Below, piece by piece: positions 27,880-38,396 of a stretch of DNA of 64,000 bases. Position numbers and translations under genes: made by a program. Position 1 is the first letter of the stretch. The number at the start of each line of letters is the position of its first letter. Origin of the DNA: an uncultured candidate division Zixibacteria bacterium (lineage in GTDB: Bacteria > Zixibacteria > MSB-5A5 > UBA10806); assembly GCA_963817915.1 (NCBI GenBank), contig CAWFQL010000016.1:32001-96000 (forward strand). Direction: 5' to 3'. The notes beneath the pieces are model-generated. The model was given only the letters and a program-made list of their open reading frames with translations, ran no database searches and was not told the origin of the DNA.

Positions 27880-30594
27880 ATGAGAAAATTAGCCTTGTTT
27901 GCCGCAGTATTTAACTTGCTACTACACAGCTTCGCTTCTGCCACAATTATCAATATCCCAGCCGATTACTCCACAATCCAGGCCGGTATAGATATCAGCG
28001 TTAATGGCGACACGGTGCTGGTGCAGCCCGGGACATATACTGAAAACATCAATTTCAATGGGCATAATATCATATTGGGGTCATTGCTTCTCACAACAGG
28101 AGTTGATTCGTTTATAGTGTCCACGATACTTGATGGCGATTCTTCCGGTTCTGTAATATCCCTCCAAAATGGTGAAGACAGCACGGCGATCATTACCGGA
28201 TTCACAATTCAACACGGAAATGCCCTAAACGGCGCCGGGATTTATTGCTTTCACTCAAGTCCCAGAATCGTCAATAACATTATTGAGTATAATCTCGCCA
28301 GACGATACGACAATGGCGGGCTCGGCGGTGGGATCTATTGCCACGGGTCAAAGCCTTCTATTAATGATAATTCCTTCATTAGAAATATCGCGGCGGGACT
28401 GGATCCTCCCTATGGAAATGCAGGCATTGGAGGCGCAATATATTGCACGGATAGTTGCGATGCTGCAATAATCAACAACGTGTTTTTGCGAAACAGTGCA
28501 AATGGCGGTGGGGGTGGAATCTATTGTACAAACTTTTCTAATTTGACTATTTCAAACAATACCTTCGCAAGAAATTATTCCGTGGGGGCTGGTGGGACTG
28601 TCTGCAGCTATAATTCCTCGCCAGCAATCGTTTCCAACGAATTCAAGTCGAATTATGGGCTTAATGGCGGGGCAATTGCCGGTTACGGAGGTTCGGAATG
28701 CTTCATTTCTCGAAACGTAATAACAAAAAATGGAGCGGGGATCAAAGGTGGCGGTATTGTGGCGTATAATTCCGATTTGATAATCTCCAGTAATATTATA
28801 TTCGCGAACTCCGCGGAACGCGGTTCTGGAATTTATTTCCATAACTCCAGATCTGAGGTGACAAACACAATTATCTGGTCAAATACCGCATCGAATGGCG
28901 CGAATATATATATAAACAGTGGAAATCCGATAATAAGATATTGTGCCGTTCCTGAAATTCTGGGAGGCGAGGGGAATATATCTGCCAACCCCTTATTTCT
29001 AGATCCATACAATGGTGATTTTAATATATGCGCTCAATCGCCTTGCCTTGATGCAGGCGATCCCAATGTGTCCGATCCCGATGGGTCTCGATCGGATATA
29101 GGCTTATACTTTGCAGAACACCCTGAATGTCCAATGGGAAACGTGTTCAATGTTTCGACAAGCGGTGATGATATGACCGGCGATGGTTCTTTACAAAATC
29201 CGTTTAGAACGATCAATCGCGCTGTAAATGCCTCATTCCGTAATGATACCGTAATTGTTCAAAATGGTGTTTACGTTGAAAATGTCAATTTTTATGGTAA
29301 GAATATTGTGTTGGCGTCAAATTTCGTCTACTCAGCAGACACATCGGACATAGTAAACACAATTATTGAAGGAGATTCAAATTTCACTGTGATATATCTT
29401 GTTGGCTGTGATAGCACAACTTCGGTGATTGGCTTGACAATTAGACGTGGATTTGGGGAATCTGGCGGCGGCATTCTTTGCAGTTCTTCTAATCCTACGA
29501 TAGAGCATAACATAATCTCCGCGAATTTTGGCAGATATGGCGCGGGTATCTACCTCCTCAATTCTCGGCCGAAAATTACAGACAACATTATAGAAAATAA
29601 TAAGGCAATCTTTGATGGCGGCGGAATTTACTGCTTGAATAGTTCCAATGCGATCATTACAAACAATAAAATCGCTGGAAATGATGCTCTGTATAATGGC
29701 GGCGGCATTTATTGCGGGGGGCTTAGCTGTCCGATGATAAAGAATAATACCATTTCAGACAACAGGGTTCGCGGATTTACTATTTTTCATGGCGGCGGTG
29801 GTATTTACTGCGATAATTCAAGTCCGTTGATAATCCAGAATTTGATTGTGAGAAACGATGGAAACCGGTTGGGGGGCGGAATTTTCTGCTATGAAAACTC
29901 TGATCCTCTAATTATCAACAATACAATTACAGCAAATTCCTCCGATTCTCTGGCGGGCGGCATCTATTTCCTCCGTTCCGACGCTCATATATTGAATACG
30001 ATACTTTGGGATAACGAGCCGTCGGAAATTTCGATTTTGATTGGGGCGCCCGAATTCACTTATTGCGATATCCAGGGTGGCTGGGCTGGTGATGGCAATA
30101 TCGATATTGACCCTCTCTTCCGCAACCCGGCGCAAGACGATTTCCATCTAATGTCAATGTCCTGCTCAGATGCTTTAAATTCGCCTTGTATCGACGCAGG
30201 TGACTCCAGCTTTCAAGACGATCTTCTCGACTGCGCTTGGGGACTTGGTACGATTCGCAGCGATATGGGAGCTTACGGCGGCGCAGATTCGGCAATGGTC
30301 GGTATTGATGAAGGATTAATTCAGATACCTGGGAAATTCGCCCTCTCTCAAAACTATCCCAATCCATTCAACGCACAGACCGCGATCAACTATGTCTTGC
30401 CGATTGCGAGCGAAGTATCTGTCAACATTTTCGATATCCTTGGCCGTAAGTTGGTAACTCTATACAATGGCCGACAGCAAGCCGGAAATCATCGTATTAC
30501 CTGGGACGCGAACGAGCAATCCTCCGGCGTTTACTTCTACAGGATTCAGGTTGGCAATTATGCCGAGACGAGGAAGATGGTGTTGCTGAAGTGA
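27880..30594 (+). CDS. Secreted right-handed parallel beta-helix repeat protein with a T9SS/FlgD-like C-terminal sorting domain
   Basis: Signal peptide from ATG 27880; PADYSTIQAGI...GDTVLVQPGTY; many GGGIYC..S.P.I.NN repeats in two modules; SQNYPNPFN...KMVLLK tail. Confidence 0.88.
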   Translation: MRKLALFAAVFNLLLHSFASATIINIPADYSTIQAGIDISVNGDTVLVQPGTYTENINFNGHNIILGSLLLTTGVDSFIVSTILDGDSSGSVISLQNGEDSTAIITGFTIQHGNALNGAGIYCFHSSPRIVNNIIEYNLARRYDNGGLGGGIYCHGSKPSINDNSFIRNIAAGLDPPYGNAGIGGAIYCTDSCDAAIINNVFLRNSANGGGGGIYCTNFSNLTISNNTFARNYSVGAGGTVCSYNSSPAIVSNEFKSNYGLNGGAIAGYGGSECFISRNVITKNGAGIKGGGIVAYNSDLIISSNIIFANSAERGSGIYFHNSRSEVTNTIIWSNTASNGANIYINSGNPIIRYCAVPEILGGEGNISANPLFLDPYNGDFNICAQSPCLDAGDPNVSDPDGSRSDIGLYFAEHPECPMGNVFNVSTSGDDMTGDGSLQNPFRTINRAVNASFRNDTVIVQNGVYVENVNFYGKNIVLASNFVYSADTSDIVNTIIEGDSNFTVIYLVGCDSTTSVIGLTIRRGFGESGGGILCSSSNPTIEHNIISANFGRYGAGIYLLNSRPKITDNIIENNKAIFDGGGIYCLNSSNAIITNNKIAGNDALYNGGGIYCGGLSCPMIKNNTISDNRVRGFTIFHGGGGIYCDNSSPLIIQNLIVRNDGNRLGGGIFCYENSDPLIINNTITANSSDSLAGGIYFLRSDAHILNTILWDNEPSEISILIGAPEFTYCDIQGGWAGDGNIDIDPLFRNPAQDDFHLMSMSCSDALNSPCIDAGDSSFQDDLLDCAWGLGTIRSDMGAYGGADSAMVGIDEGLIQIPGKFALSQNYPNPFNAQTAINYVLPIASEVSVNIFDILGRKLVTLYNGRQQAGNHRITWDANEQSSGVYFYRIQVGNYAETRKMVLLK

Positions 30595-30688
30595 CGGGAA
30601 ATCGCCGCTTCGACAAAAGTCCCTATTAAAAAATAAATTTTCCTATATTTATTGAAATCATATTGAGATCGGCGTTATCTTAAAAGCG

Positions 30689-31786
30689 TCAGTTCGCGTC
30701 CTCAGTTTTAGGAAAATACGGCGGGGGATTATCTTGAAGACGTACGTCATAACGATAGTTTTTACTTATATAGCCTCTCATATGACCGATTGGAAAATCG
30801 GATGTATGGATAATTCCACGATAGCGCTGAGCCAGGGTCCCAAAAATATTCAATTTATATTTCTCATTATTCCATCCGGGGGCATGGTTTTCATATATGT
30901 CCTGGATGGAAATGGAACCATTAATAGCTGCCAGAGCGGCATGGATATAGATCGTATCCGGCGCATCTTTTCCGATCATGATAAAATGCTCGGAAACTAA
31001 GCCAAGTATATCTGAGCAGGAATCCATAGTCGAAGGAATAGTAAAATCAGGCCTCGAATGCATATATACCAAATTGTCTGTAATAATGAGAGTATCGGAG
31101 GTAGCAATAGTCAACTGTCCTGAAAAGCCTTCGGATATAAATGTGCCATCAGAATTATCGGGATGACCTTTTGAAGCTGAAAGCCACACTTTGCCATTCA
31201 CAAAAACGGCGCCGGAATTAGGTACGGGATATGCCGGAGCTTCTGCGATGGATGGGGGATAGCATCGTATGACGATATCGCCGTTAGATAATGTATCCGG
31301 ACCACACCGACGGACGTAAATATTTGTCCCGCTCAGAACAAGTTGTGTTATGGAATCTGGATTAAAAGTGCCAAGGACCGGGACTATGCCATTATATTCC
31401 CTGATTTCATTAGCGCGCGTTGGGAAATTTATCGGCTTGCGAAAGCCACAGCCTTCATTGAATTGCATACTATCATTTAGGCATAGAGACTGATCAGAAG
31501 ATGTCGTTACTCGCTTCGTAAAATGCCAGTCATTCCCCCAAAAATGTATCATGTCATTTGAGTGAATTCTTCCGTCGAGCGTATCAGCTGCCCAAAACTG
31601 TATGCGCGCATGTCTGAGAGAATCATATTCAAAACAAGATAGATAGAGGAAATCTGCAAAACTTTCATTTCTGTATTCTGTTTCTGATTGCTGGGCGAAT
31701 GAAGCTCTCGGTGCAAAGATTAATAAACCAATGACGATCATTAATTGTGAACGAAGCACAAAACCGAAAATCTTGTATCTGGTCAT
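30689..31786 (-). CDS. Secreted DUF4900-like hypothetical protein (paralog 1)
   Basis: Signal peptide ending ASFA; DTLDGRIHSND, GQLTIATSD, DILGLVSE, YRYDVRLQDNPPPYFP. Confidence 0.7.
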   Translation of the reverse strand: MTRYKIFGFVLRSQLMIVIGLLIFAPRASFAQQSETEYRNESFADFLYLSCFEYDSLRHARIQFWAADTLDGRIHSNDMIHFWGNDWHFTKRVTTSSDQSLCLNDSMQFNEGCGFRKPINFPTRANEIREYNGIVPVLGTFNPDSITQLVLSGTNIYVRRCGPDTLSNGDIVIRCYPPSIAEAPAYPVPNSGAVFVNGKVWLSASKGHPDNSDGTFISEGFSGQLTIATSDTLIITDNLVYMHSRPDFTIPSTMDSCSDILGLVSEHFIMIGKDAPDTIYIHAALAAINGSISIQDIYENHAPGWNNEKYKLNIFGTLAQRYRGIIHTSDFPIGHMRGYISKNYRYDVRLQDNPPPYFPKTEDAN

Positions 31787-31855
31787 TTATTACCCTCGCA
31801 TTTTAGTTGATCAGACCTAAGCAATACTTTCAGAAATATCCATCCACTCATTTAT

Positions 31856-32968
31856 TTAGTTATTATTTTCAGTTTTCGGGTAATGCGGCGGCGGGTTGTC
31901 AATTAACCTCAAGTCGAACTTATAATCCTTTTCAATAAAACCCCGATAATGGCCGGGCGGATAATCGGTAGTATGCATAATTCCGCGATAGCGCTGCGCC
32001 ATGGCTCCATAAATTTGTAATGATTGTTTTTCATTATCCCAACCTGGGGCGTGGTTTTCATATATGTCCTGGACGGATATCGCACCATTGAGTGCCGCCA
32101 GGGCAGCATTTATATAAACTGTGCGTCTCGAATCCTTGCCGATCATGATACAATTTTCTGAAATAAGCCCCAATATATCAGAGCATGAATCTAGTGGTGG
32201 AATAGTGGCATTTTGCCTGGCATTATGATAAATTATATTATCCTCAATAATGAGTGTATCCGAGGTTGCGATGGTTAGCTGTCCCGAAAATCCTAATGAT
32301 ATAAAGGTAGGATCAGAAATATCCGGGAGACCTCTCGACGCCGAAAGCCAGACTTTACCGTTCACAAAAACGGCTCCGGAATTTGGAATGGGGTAGAGCG
32401 GAGCTTCACTAATAGTCGGCGGGACGCATGTAATAACAATCTCGCCGTTCTCCAATGTATCAGGACCGCAACTGCGAACATAGATGTTGGATCCGCTTAA
32501 CACAAGTTGGGTCAAGGAATCCGGGTTGAAGGTGCCCAGGGTTGGGAAAATACCGTTGTATTCTCTAATTTCTTCAGCCCGATTTGGGAATATTATAGGC
32601 TTGCGAAATCCGCTGCCCTCTTCGAAAACAGAGTAATTATTATGGGGTTCAATATCTCCGGATGTTGTTACTCTTTTCATGAAATAGAGATTTCCAAAAA
32701 TGTGTATGTTATCATTCGAATGAACCTTAGCATAAAACGTATCATTGCCTGCGAAACTAATTTGAGCGTGTCTCAACGGATCATACTCGAAACACGATAG
32801 ATAGGCGAATTGAGACCAGCTTTCATTTCTGTATTCGGTTTCGGATTGCTGGGCACGGCAAATTCCATTGGCAAATATGATGCCGACTAAGAAAAACAAA
32901 ACATTTGCAGGCCCGAATGTAGCATTAAATACTTTTGATAATTTTCTTCCACAATCGATTTTTATCAT
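31856..32968 (-). CDS. Secreted DUF4900-like hypothetical protein (paralog 2)
   Basis: Collinear paralog of the 30689-31786 gene (QQSETEYRNES, VHSND, GQLTIATSD, DILGLISE, NPPPHYP); start at ATG 32968 after a GAGGAG RBS. Confidence 0.7.
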   Translation of the reverse strand: MIKIDCGRKLSKVFNATFGPANVLFFLVGIIFANGICRAQQSETEYRNESWSQFAYLSCFEYDPLRHAQISFAGNDTFYAKVHSNDNIHIFGNLYFMKRVTTSGDIEPHNNYSVFEEGSGFRKPIIFPNRAEEIREYNGIFPTLGTFNPDSLTQLVLSGSNIYVRSCGPDTLENGEIVITCVPPTISEAPLYPIPNSGAVFVNGKVWLSASRGLPDISDPTFISLGFSGQLTIATSDTLIIEDNIIYHNARQNATIPPLDSCSDILGLISENCIMIGKDSRRTVYINAALAALNGAISVQDIYENHAPGWDNEKQSLQIYGAMAQRYRGIMHTTDYPPGHYRGFIEKDYKFDLRLIDNPPPHYPKTENNN

Positions 32969-33420
32969 TTTTATCTCCTCAAGCGGAAGTCGCAAGTTGA
33001 ATTATGATACTATGATACAAAACAAATTTGAAACTGTCAAACAAAATCCAATACAGGTATAAAATGAATCAATCATTTCAATCCCTTTTATTACTGCGCT
33101 GAAAAAATACTTTCGATGATTATCCATCCGGAAATAACCCGGATAGCGCATGTCAATTACATATAATAACATTACAATTTCAAAAATAATTCCATTATTT
33201 ATGGGTAAAATATTTTAGAAAAAAGCGGTTTATATATAAATAATCCTTGCAAGCATTCGGCGAAATACTATATTTATGCAAGAGCAGTTTATTGGCAGTC
33301 GCAGTGAGGGAAGAAGCATACTATCTTTTTACGGTAATCGTGAAAATCTTTAGCATTGGATTTACACGGCGATACATATTATGCAAATAAATGGACAGAA
33401 TAAAGATGGTGGAGTTCAAA

Positions 33421-34863
33421 ATGACTAAGAAAACTGTTGGCTTATTGATTTTAGGCGTGGCAATGCTAGCTGCTTCTGTTGGAGCGCAAGCTCCCGATAC
33501 TTTATGGACGAAAACATTCGGCGGAGCCTACAATGATGAAGCCTGGCAAGTGCAGCCCGCGTCCGACAATGGATTGATCGTAATTGGCGCCGGAATGCCA
33601 CAAAATTTTGGCAACTGGGACCTTCAACTAATCAAAACAGATGTCAATGGAAACGCGATTTGGACGAAAAACTATGGCGGACCCTTTGCCGAACAAGGCC
33701 GTGCGGTGCGCCAAACTCCGGATGGCGGATATATTGCGGTAGGCTGGAAAAGATCATCCGCCATAGGTGGAAAAGAAATATGGCTGCTCAAATTGAATGC
33801 GTCCGGCGATACACTCTGGACAAGAACATACAATGATTATACAGAGCAGGAAGCCCGAACAATCGAATTGACTCCTGATGGCGGATATCTTATGGCCGGT
33901 TGGGCAATTGCCGACTGGGAATCTTACGAGGATGTTTATATTATTAGGGTCGATTCACTGGGGAATGTGATCTGGAGAAAGAATTACGGCGGGGAGAATT
34001 CCCAAAAAGCATGGTCGGCGAAACCCACGTCCGACGGCGGCTATATTGTCGCAGGATGGACAGATAATCATCCGAACATCACTGGGATGTATATTATCAA
34101 GACTGATTCCAACGGCGATACTTTATGGACACGTATTTTTACTACGCAATTTACCTTTGCGGCTTCGTCAATACTGGAGACCGACGATCACCGATTCATT
34201 GTTGGTGGAAGTTTGAATGTCGAATGGAGTAATAATTTTAACGCGATACTTTTGTATTTGGACGATAGCGGCGATATCGATCATATGCGTTTTATGACAT
34301 TTGGCAAAATTTATTCTATCGCCAGGACTCGCGAAGGTGGGTTGATCATTGCTGGTACAATGGTAGATGATTTATCAAGCTCTATAATTGTCAGAACAGA
34401 TATAATGGACGGAGAATCCTGGATAAAGAACATCGGCGAAGCTCTGAATTCCAGGATTTCTGCCCGTTCGGCATTTCAGGCATCCGATGGCGGCTATGTA
34501 TTCACAGGCACTACAAAATCGTATCCTGAAAATATCGTTCTGGTGAAATTGGCTAACGAGACGACCTCTATCAATGGTGATCAAATAGGCACTTTGCCTG
34601 CTAAATTTACCCTCTCCCAAAACTACCCTAACCCGTTCAACGCCCAGACCTCGATCAATTACATCTTGCCGATCGCGAGCAATGTATCTGTCGGCATTTT
34701 CGATATCCTTGGTCGTAAATTGGCGACACTATATGATGGAAATCAGGAAGCAGGAAATCATCAGATTATATGGAATGCTAGCGAGCAATCATCTGGTATC
34801 TATTTCTATAGGATTCAGGTAGGCAATTATGCCGAGACTAAGAAGATGGTACTTCTGAAGTAA
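33421..34863 (+). CDS. Secreted beta-propeller-like repeat protein with a T9SS/FlgD-like C-terminal domain
   Basis: Repeats of T.DGGYI.AGW...D.Y.IK.D..G..LWT+.YGG; SQNYPNPFN tail; start at ATG 33421 after GGAG. Confidence 0.88.
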   Translation: MTKKTVGLLILGVAMLAASVGAQAPDTLWTKTFGGAYNDEAWQVQPASDNGLIVIGAGMPQNFGNWDLQLIKTDVNGNAIWTKNYGGPFAEQGRAVRQTPDGGYIAVGWKRSSAIGGKEIWLLKLNASGDTLWTRTYNDYTEQEARTIELTPDGGYLMAGWAIADWESYEDVYIIRVDSLGNVIWRKNYGGENSQKAWSAKPTSDGGYIVAGWTDNHPNITGMYIIKTDSNGDTLWTRIFTTQFTFAASSILETDDHRFIVGGSLNVEWSNNFNAILLYLDDSGDIDHMRFMTFGKIYSIARTREGGLIIAGTMVDDLSSSIIVRTDIMDGESWIKNIGEALNSRISARSAFQASDGGYVFTGTTKSYPENIVLVKLANETTSINGDQIGTLPAKFTLSQNYPNPFNAQTSINYILPIASNVSVGIFDILGRKLATLYDGNQEAGNHQIIWNASEQSSGIYFYRIQVGNYAETKKMVLLK

Positions 34864-35028
34864 TTTCGGCCAGACTTCGAGTTGCCGATTTATCGCTTGT
34901 TGAAGATAAAAAGGCTTGCTTAAAAAGAATTATAATATAGATTTATCCATAGACATTTAAAGCAATTGGAATGGGGTGTTCTTGAATGCGCCTGCTTGTG
35001 ATTATTTGATTTTAATATGGAGGTTTTT

Positions 35029-36481
35029 ATGAATACTCTAAAGATATTATTTTTCGTTTTGGTATTGGCATTATGCTTATCAAATACAGCTTTCGCGCAG
35101 TTTGAAGAAGCGGTCTGGGATACATTGACTGCGGATACGCTTCAGGATGCTCTAACGTCGCAGGCGATTGGTGTCAATGGTTATGAGGAATTCCATCTGA
35201 CCTATGCCAAGGCAAGACCCTCCGGGAGTTGGAATATCTATTATCGCTATTTTAGCCTGTACAATGGCATGGATCAGGAAGTATTAGCCGAATCAAATAT
35301 CCCCTGTAACGTGCCCGTCATCGCTTCTCGATTTGGCGATAACGATTATGATATCGCGATAATATTCGAATCTGGAGAGGATATGTGGGGCTGTATCAAT
35401 CATGGACCGCACGAACCCTGGAGTTTCGTGAATGTGACCCATTCCAGCGATCCGGATTTTACGCCTACTGTGGCATTTAGCGCGAGTTATATGCATGCGG
35501 CCTGGATTACTTATACTAATTCAGAATACAAGATATGCTATCTCAGAATCCGAGAAGAAACCATGCTTCATGACACATTATTCGAATCGCAACTCGGTCC
35601 ATACGGCTCCGGCGCCAAACCGTTCATAATAGCGCCGCTTGATACTCCTCATATCTTCTACCGCGGCGTATCCGGCGACAATTACGGTATTCATCACGCC
35701 TATAAACCAAATCCTGACAGCAGTTGGGTAATTGAATACTTATCCACGCCTAACCTTGATGATTATTCAGCGTCAGCCGATATTGATATTCTTTGCAATA
35801 TCTATGTAGCCATTTCGGGTAATGAAGGCTGGGGGATGCCCGCGCATGTTTATAGCATGAAGCTCGATCACGATACTCATCAATGGTCGACTCCCCAACT
35901 TGTAACCGGACTATATTCAGCCACCAACGCCAGTATAATGACCCTAGCTACAGGAAAATCATTTGTTGCCAGTTGCGGGGTAAGCGGAAATGTCTACAAT
36001 GGAAATGTTTATCTCTCGTGCGATACTATTGGCAGTTTCCAGACTCAACTTCTGGCGTCATATCCATGGGTAACCCAGCCAGCAATAGGGAAAATTAACG
36101 GCGAGCATGCGGTAATCGTATTCGATGCTCCTATCGGCTCTGAAGAAAACCGCAATGTTGAATTAGTTTACTATGGTCCCCAAATGATGACCTCAATCGA
36201 TAGCCAACCTAAACCGGTGATGACCGGATTAAGCTCCTGCTATCCGAATCCATTTAATTCACGCACCAATATTCAATTTGAGATTACCCAGCCCGGCGAA
36301 GTTTCGTTGGAAATTTACGATCTGCTTGGCCGGAAGGTATCGTCACTGCTTAATGAAATTCTTTCAGCCGGCTGCTATAATATTAACTGGAACGCGATAG
36401 ACCGGCCATCCGGTGTCTATTTCTATAGAATCAGCGCGGGCGATAATGGTCGAGACGAAGAAGATGGTGCTCTTGAAGTGA
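35029..36481 (+). CDS. Secreted beta-rich protein with a T9SS/FlgD-like C-terminal domain; +1 frameshift about 10 codons before the end
   Basis: Signal peptide (AFA-Q); CYPNPFNSRT...SGVYFYRI; the canonical end VETKKMVLLK-TGA lies in the +1 frame after GG at 36448-36449. Confidence 0.82.
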
Positions 36482-36575
36482 TAATTTGAAGTCTCGAGCC
36501 CTAAACAAATTAAAATTCCCCATTTAGCCAGTCTGTAGTTTAATATCTTTATATATCAACAAATTAACATCTATT

Positions 36576-36683
36576 AAGTAAGATATTCTTTACTTATTTC
36601 TTTATACTGAATCAATGTAATTGGATATTTATCTTGTCATTATGATTAATTTCCTTGACAAGATGTAAAGAATCATGTATATA
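36576..36683 (+). promoter_or_regulatory. Operator-like palindrome plus sigma70 promoter of the XRE operon
   Basis: AAGTAAG-atatt-CTTTACTT at 36576-36595; TTGACA (36655)-17 bp-TATATA with a GTAAAGAAT half-site in the spacer. Confidence 0.5.
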
Positions 36684-36722
36684 AGGCGAAGAAGAAGATA
36701 TAGTTCAAATTCTAGGGAGGAT

Positions 36723-36932
36723 ATGAAGACTAATCTAAGGAGATTCAGATTCGACCGAGGCGAATTGAGTCAGCAACAATTGGCTGATATGGTTTCGGTA
36801 TCCCGTCAAACCATTGTATCTATCGAACGAGGTGATTATGCCCCATCGGTCAAGTTGGCTCTGCTTTTGGCGGAGAAATTAGGAACTACCGTCGAGGGAC
36901 TTTTTAACCTGGAGGACAGTGATCGTGTATAA
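36723..36932 (+). CDS. Small XRE-family (HTH_3) transcriptional regulator
   Basis: LSQQQLADMVSVSRQTIVSIERGDYAPSVKLALLLAEKLGTTVEGLF; GGGAGG RBS before ATG 36723. Confidence 0.92.
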   Translation: MKTNLRRFRFDRGELSQQQLADMVSVSRQTIVSIERGDYAPSVKLALLLAEKLGTTVEGLFNLEDSDRV

Positions 36933-37017
36933 GAAAGATCCAATTTTCTGGGTGGCGTCAGCTATTTTTGTGATGTCTTTGGCGATTTTAGCAATTACGC
37001 AATTAGCCGGATTCTGA
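36925..37017 (+). CDS. 30-aa single-TM peptide similar to the N-terminus of the next gene
   Basis: GGAGG RBS at 36911, GTG start overlapping the XRE stop; (V/M)YKKDPIFWVASAIFVMSLAILAITQLAGF versus MFKRDKIFYSACGIFVVGVILAAIENNLA. Confidence 0.45.
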   Translation: MYKKDPIFWVASAIFVMSLAILAITQLAGF

Positions 37018-37043
37018 AATGATAAAATTGTTAGGGGGCGAAA

Positions 37044-38330
37044 ATGTTTAAGAGAGATAAAATATTTTATTCAGCCTGCGGTATTTTTGTGGTTGGAGTG
37101 ATATTAGCCGCTATTGAAAACAACCTGGCTATTTTGTTTCTTGTCGGGGCATACCTGCTGCGGCCAACTTTGCATGCATTCGACCTTGCCGAGGGTTTTG
37201 CCGATGAACGGCAAGTTCAAATACACTCGCGATCCGGCAATATAGCATTTATAGCGGTAATGATTGCCATGATGGGCTTTGCTGTGAGCAGCCTGGCCAA
37301 TGGCGAACAACCCGAGGTGATGTATTCTTTGCTCACAATTGGTATCGGCGCACGCGCAGTAACAGGGCTTCTGATGGGTGGCGAGTACCGAAAAGCGGCA
37401 TCGATAATAATCATTGTAGTGGGTTTGATCATCGCTTTATTCGTATTTATTTCGGAGGGGATCGGCGAAGCGTCACTATTCGTTGGAGGCATTGCGCTCG
37501 TTTTCGCATCCCTTGGGATTATCGCATTCAAATTACCGCGCACGATAGCAGTCATTTTAACCATACTGGCGGTTACATTAGTGTTTTTTCTCCGGCTTTA
37601 TGAATTCCAGGCAAAAAATCTTGCCATGTGGATGGTGGTGACGTGCTTCCTGATTGCCGCTTTATCTCTTTACCGGGGACGTCGAATAGAGATTGATGAA
37701 AAACCAAGCCATTCAAAGCGCAAAAGGGTGATCGGCCTGACGGCGGGAACTGCTGTCATATTGGTATTTTTTATATTTATGGGTACGAAGCAGAAAAAAG
37801 AAATCAGCAACAAACCGGGAGAGTCTTTTTCCGCCAGGCAGACTATTACCGGTGAAGCTGATATCCAGAATGTGGCCTGTACCGGCGCAGTTGAATATTA
37901 CCCTAATGGTGTATTAAAATCATGTTTCCTGGCGCGGGAAGATACTCTTTCCGGGCAATCAATAGACAAAGGGACTTTCGTCGCATTTAATGCCGAAGGC
38001 GCTCTCGATTGGTGCTTTCTTCAAAAGAATACTGAAATACAAGGTATACTTTGCAGCGGGGAAGGTCACAGTTTCATGACATGTTTTTATCCGGATGGCA
38101 AATTGAAATTGGCCTGGCCTGCTAAGGACCAGACAATTAAGGGCATTCCGATAAAGGCATGGAGTTTTTGGTCTGACGCCTTTGGCGGAGGCTCGGGCAC
38201 ATATTTTTGGGAAAATGGAAATATCAAACGCTGCAAATTGGGAAGTGCCGTCACGATCGAGGGGCAAACCTTTAAAAGGGGCGACATAGTTACATTCGAT
38301 GTAGATGGGAAATTAAATATCAAGAAGTAA
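37044..38330 (+). CDS. Membrane protein (DUF2178-like DER motif) with C-terminal MORN-variant repeats
   Basis: About 9 TM helices, ADERQVQIHSRSG; repeats YYPNGVLKSC, FYPDGKLKLA, FWENGNIKRC. Confidence 0.75.
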   Translation: MFKRDKIFYSACGIFVVGVILAAIENNLAILFLVGAYLLRPTLHAFDLAEGFADERQVQIHSRSGNIAFIAVMIAMMGFAVSSLANGEQPEVMYSLLTIGIGARAVTGLLMGGEYRKAASIIIIVVGLIIALFVFISEGIGEASLFVGGIALVFASLGIIAFKLPRTIAVILTILAVTLVFFLRLYEFQAKNLAMWMVVTCFLIAALSLYRGRRIEIDEKPSHSKRKRVIGLTAGTAVILVFFIFMGTKQKKEISNKPGESFSARQTITGEADIQNVACTGAVEYYPNGVLKSCFLAREDTLSGQSIDKGTFVAFNAEGALDWCFLQKNTEIQGILCSGEGHSFMTCFYPDGKLKLAWPAKDQTIKGIPIKAWSFWSDAFGGGSGTYFWENGNIKRCKLGSAVTIEGQTFKRGDIVTFDVDGKLNIKK

Positions 38331-38396
38331 ATTGTTAAAAGCGAATTAGCAGCGTTGAATTCACACCAGACAAAAACCATAAAAAGGGGTGTAGTT

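Noticed and set aside
28200..29970. Recurrent GGCGGCGG(A/T)ATTTA-like DNA repeats
   Set aside because: Explained by GGGIYC protein repeats; irregular spacing, not CRISPR.
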